DNA of 14,688 bases. It comes from Utricularia gibba (Eukaryota; Plantae; Magnoliophyta). Every line of letters starts with the position of its first letter. Position 1 is the first letter of the stretch. Location of the stretch: NCBI GenBank assembly GCA_002189035.1, contig NEEC01000325.1:1-14688 (forward strand), given 5' to 3'. The translations under genes and the position numbers were made by a program. Positions 10,401 to 14,688 of the stretch are shown here, one piece after another. The notes beneath the pieces are model-generated. The model made no database searches. It saw only the letters and a program-made list of their open reading frames with translations, and was not told the DNA's origin.

Positions 10401-10660
10401 CATGGTTTTTCAAGGAACCGCTTCTCGTTTTGTGGCGGCCAGTCTCGCTGGGAACTTGGTCCTTGACCCCGATTCTGTATGGCTCATGAGGTCAACCGGA
10501 TGCAAATCGATTAAAAAAAATGATGCATTTGTTTAAATTGCGATATCACGATGCACCCCACATGAGGTCAACAACTTACTCGCAAATATTTGAGGAAAAA
10601 ATGATGCATTTGTTTAAATTGCGATATCACGTGCACCCCATGGAAGGACAAAGGTAAGGT
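4420..10660. other. Zone containing collapsed and mosaic repeat copies, probably low-quality basecalls or a consensus artefact
   Basis: Short units (6434-6692, 6693-6952, 6953-7225, 7651-7846) and fused units (4379-4885, 7226-7650, 9111-9600) are interspersed with normal ones. The aberrant patches are built mostly from k-mers of the unit itself. Confidence 0.8.
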
Positions 10661-13600
10661 TTGGCTTGCGCGAGAGTTAGTTGTAGCCCGACAAATAAAG
10701 TGATGTATTTATTATCGTTCGGTTTTCGGGGGCTGCCTACATGGTTTTTCAAGGAACCGCTTCTCGTTTTGTGGCGGCCAGTCTCGCTGGGAACTTGGTC
10801 CTTGACCCCGATTCTGTATGGCTCATGAGGTCAACCGGATGCAAATCGATTAAAAAAAATGATGCATTTGTTTAAATTGCGATATCACGTGCACCCCACA
10901 TGATTTTTTCAACAACTTACTTTATACTTGAGGAGGCGGTCTTGGGGTGCACCTGGAACGGGACAAAGGTAAGGTTTGGCTTGCGCCGAGAGTTAGTTGT
11001 AGCCCGACAAATAAAGTGATGTATTTATTATCGTTCGGTTTTCGGGGCTGCCTACATGGTTTTTCAAGGAACCGCTTCTCGTTTTGTGGCGGCCAGTCTC
11101 GCTGGGAACTTGGTCCTTGACCCCGATTCTGTATGGCTCATGAGGTCAACCGGATGCAAATCGATTAAAAAAAATGATGCATTTGTTTAAATTGCGATAT
11201 CACGTGCACCCCACATGATTTTTTCAACAACTTACTTTATACTTGAGAGGCGTCTTGGGTGCACTGAACGGGACAAAGGTAAGGTTTGGCTTGCGCCGAG
11301 AGTTAGTTGTAGCCGCAAATAAAGTGATGTATTTATTATCGTTCGGTTTTCGGGGGCTGCCTACATGGTTTTCAAGGAACCGCTTCTCGTTTTGTGGCGG
11401 CCAGTCTCGCTGGGAACTTGGTCCTTGACCCCGATTCTGTATGGCTCATGAGGTCAACCGGATGCAAATCGATTAAAAAAATGATGCATTTGTTTAAATT
11501 GCGATATCACGTGCACCCCACATGATTTTTTCAACAACTTACTTTATACTTGAGGCGGTCTTGGGTGCACCTGAACGGACAAAGGTAAGGTTTGGCTTGC
11601 GCCGAGAGTTAGTTTAGCCCCAAATAAAGTGATGTATTTATATCGTTCGGTTTTCGGGGCTGCCTACATGGTTTTTCAAGGAACCGCTTCTCGTTTTGTG
11701 GCGGCCAGTCTCGCTGGGAACTTGGTCCTTGACCCCGATTCTGTATGGCTCATGAGGTCAACCGGATGCAAATCGATTAAAAAAATGATGCATTTGTTTA
11801 AATTGCGATATCACGTGCACCCCACATGATTTTTTCAACAACTTACTTTATACTTTCTTGGGTGCACCTGGAACGGGACAAAGGTAAGGTTTGGCTTGCG
11901 CCGAGAGTTAGTTGTAGCCCGACAAATAAAGTGATGTATTTATTATCGTTCGGTTTTCGGGGCTGCCTACATGGTTTTTCAAGGAACCGCTTCTCGTTTT
12001 GTGGCGGCCAGTCTCGCTGGGAACTTGGTCCTTGACCCCGATTCTGTATGGCTCATGAGGTCAACCGGATGCAAATCGATTAAAAAAAATGATGCATTTG
12101 TTTAAATTGCGATATCACGTGCACCCCACATGATTTTTTCAACAACTTACTTTATACTTGAGGAGGCGGTCTTGGGGTGCACTGGAACGGGACAAAGGTA
12201 AGGTTTGGCTTGCGCCGAGAGTTAGTTGTAGCCCGACAAATAAAGTGATGTATTTATTATCGTTCGGTTTTCGGGGCTGCCTACATGGTTTTTCAAGGAA
12301 CCGCTTCTCGTTTTGTGGCGGCCAGTCTCGCTGGGAACTTGGTCCTTGACCCCGATTCTGTATGGCTCATGAGGTCAACCGGATGCAAATCGATTAAAAA
12401 AAATGATGCATTTGTTTAAATTGCGATATCACGTGCACCCCACATGATTTTTTCAACAACTTACTTTATACTTGAGAGGCGGTCTTGGGGTGCAGCTGGA
12501 ACGGACAAAGGTAAGGTTTGGCTTGCGAGAGTTAGTTGTAGCCCGACAAATAAAGTGATGTATTTATTATCGTTCGGTTTTCGGGGGCTGCCTACATGGT
12601 TTTTCAAGGAACCGCTTCTCGTTTTGTGGCGGCCAGTCTCGCTGGGAACTTGGTCCTTGACCCCGATTCTGTATGGCTCATGAGGTCAACCGGATGCAAA
12701 TCGATTAAAAAAAATGATGCATTTGTTTAAATTGCGATATCACGTGCACCCCACATGATTTTTTCAACAACTTACTTTATACTTGAGGAGGCGGTCTTGG
12801 GTGCACCTGAACGGGACAAAGGTAAGGTTTGGCTTGCGCCGAGAGTTAGTTGTAGCCCGACAAATAAAGTGATGTATTTATTATCGTTCGGTTTTCGGGG
12901 GCTGCCTACATGGTTTTTCAAGGAACCGCTTCTCGTTTTGTGGCGGCCAGTCTCGCTGGGAACTTGGTCCTTGACCCCGATTCTGTATGGCTCATGAGGT
13001 CAACCGGATGCAAATCGATTAAAAAAAATGATGCATTTGTTTAAATTGCGATATCATGTGCACCCCACATGATTTTTTCAACAACTTACTTTATACTTGA
13101 GGAGGCGGTCTTGGGGTGCAGCTGGAACGGACAAAGGTAAGGTTTGGCTTGCGGCGAGAGTTAGTTGTAGCCCGGCAAATAAAGTGATGTATTTATTATC
13201 GTTCGGTTTTCGGGGGCTGCCTACATGGTTTTTCAAGGAACCGCTTCTCGTTTTGTGGCGGCCAGTCTCGCTGGGAACTTGGTCCTTGACCCCGATTCTG
13301 TATGGCTCATGAGGTCAACCGGATGCAAATCGATTAAAAAAAATGATGCATTTGTTTAAATTGCGATATCACGTGCACCCCACATGATTTTTTCAACAAC
13401 TTACTTTATACTTGAGGAGGCGGTCTTGGGGTGCACCTGAACGGGACAAAGGTAAGGTTTGGCTTGCGCCGAGAGTTAGTTGTAGCCGGCAAATAAAGTG
13501 ATGTATTTATTATCGTTCGGTTTTCGGGGCTTGCCTACATGGTTTTTCAAGGAACCGCTTCTCGTTTTGTGGCGGCCAGTCTCGCTGGGAACTTGGTCCT

Positions 13601-14688
13601 TGACCCCGATTCTGTATGGCTCATGAGGTCAACCGGATGCAAATCGATTAAAAAAAATGATGCATTTGTTTAAATTGCGATATCATGTGCACCCCACATG
13701 ATTTTTTTTCAACAACTTACTTTATACTTGAGGAGGCGGTCTTGGGTGCACCTGGAACGGGACAAAGGTAAGGTTTGGCTTGCGCCGAGAGTTAGTTGTA
13801 GCCCGACAAATAAAGTGATGTATTTATTATCGTTCGGTTTTCGGGGGCTGCCTACATGGTTTTTCAAGGAACCGCTTCTCGTTTTGTGGCGGCCAGTCTC
13901 GCTGGGAACTTGGTCCTTGACCCCGATTCTGTATGGCTCATGAGGTCAACCGGATGCAAATCGATTAAAAAAAAATGATGCATTTGTTTAAATTGCGATA
14001 TCACGTGCACCCCACATGATTTTTCAACAACTTACTTTATACTTGAGGAGGCGTCTTGGGTGCACCTCGAACGGGACAAAGGTAAGGTTTGGCTTGCGCC
14101 GAGAGTTAGTTGTAGCCCGACAAATAAAGTGATGTATTTATTATCGTTCGGTTTTCGGGGGCTGCCTACATGGTTTTTCAAGGAACCGCTTCTCGTTTTG
14201 TGGCGGCCAGTCTCGCTGGGAACTTGGTCCTTGACCCCGATTCTGTATGGCTCATGAGGTCAACCGGATGCAAATCGATTAAAAAAAATGATGCATTGTT
14301 TTTAAATTGCGATATCATGTGCACCCCACATGATTTTTTTCAACAACTTACTTTATACTTGAGGAGGCGGTCTTGGGGTGCACTGAACGGGACAAAGGTA
14401 AGGTTTGGCTTGCGCCGAGAGTTAGTTGTAGCCCGACAAAATAAAGTGATTTATTATTTATCGTTCGGTTTTCGGGGGCTGCCTACATGGTTTTTCAAGG
14501 AACCGCTTCTCGTTTTGTGGCGGCCAGTCTCGCTGGGAACTTGGTCCTTGACCCCGATTCTGTATGGCTCATGAGGTCAACCGGATGCAAATCGATTAAA
14601 AAAAATGATGCATTTGTTTAAATTGCGATATCACGTGCACCCACATGATTTTTCAACAACTTACTTTATACTTGAGGAGGCGGTCTTG

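Larger units (their letters stand above)
1..14688. repeat. Head-to-tail tandem array (concatemer or satellite) of a ~315-316 bp unit, ~49 copies plus a terminal partial copy
   Basis: GTGCACCCCACATG recurs at 1, 317, 631, 937, 1251, 1560, 1872, 2187, 2501, 2813, 3128, 3439, 3754, 4067, 4379, ... 10889, 11204, 11511, 11815, 12119, 12433, 12744, 13058, 13373, 13687, 14005, 14319 and 14635, always in the same orientation. Intact copies are about 305-320 bp and there is no unique sequence between them. Confidence 0.99.

Noticed and set aside
59-14574. The 30 ORF-track entries as distinct genes
   Set aside because: They are the same repeat sequence read through different indel errors, which produces chimeric peptides. 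None resembles a family I know.
1-14688. CRISPR array
   Set aside because: The entire unit repeats and there are no unique spacers. The variable patches are rearranged pieces of the unit itself.

Overview
The whole 14,688-bp window is one head-to-tail tandem array of a single ~315-316 bp unit, with about 49 copies plus a 54-bp partial copy and no unique flanking DNA. Consensus read by eye: GTGCACCCCACATGATTTTTTCAACAACTTACTTTATACTTGAGGAGGCGGTCTTGGGGTGCACCTGGAACGGGACAAAGGTAAGGTTTGGCTTGCGCCGAGAGTTAGTTGTAGCCCGACAAATAAAGTGATGTATTTATTATCGTTCGGTTTTCGGGG(G)CTGCCTACATGGTTTTTCAAGGAACCGCTTCTCGTTTTGTGGCGGCCAGTCTCGCTGGGAACTTGGTCCTTGACCCCGATTCTGTATGGCTCATGAGGTCAACCGGATGCAAATCGATTAAAAAAAATGATGCATTTGTTTAAATTGCGATATCAC. 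Copies differ almost only by homopolymer indels, by a few error hotspots (the strongest at the single CCTGG), and by garbled or collapsed patches between ~4.4 and ~10.7 kb. This looks like raw or unpolished nanopore sequence. I recognise no gene, RNA gene, ribozyme, CRISPR array or transposase. The ORF-track proteins are frameshifted versions of the same repeat unit. The unit is rich in dyad symmetry: a long G.U-containing hairpin that buries an AGGAGG and a GTG, a possible pseudoknot, and a cluster of 6-bp palindromes. Its origin cannot be settled from this window. The options are a rolling-circle concatemer of a small circle (natural or made in library prep), a very homogeneous genomic satellite, or an assembly/basecalling artefact. 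A C>T variant in alternate copies near the end and a Dcm-like error footprint both hint at native DNA.
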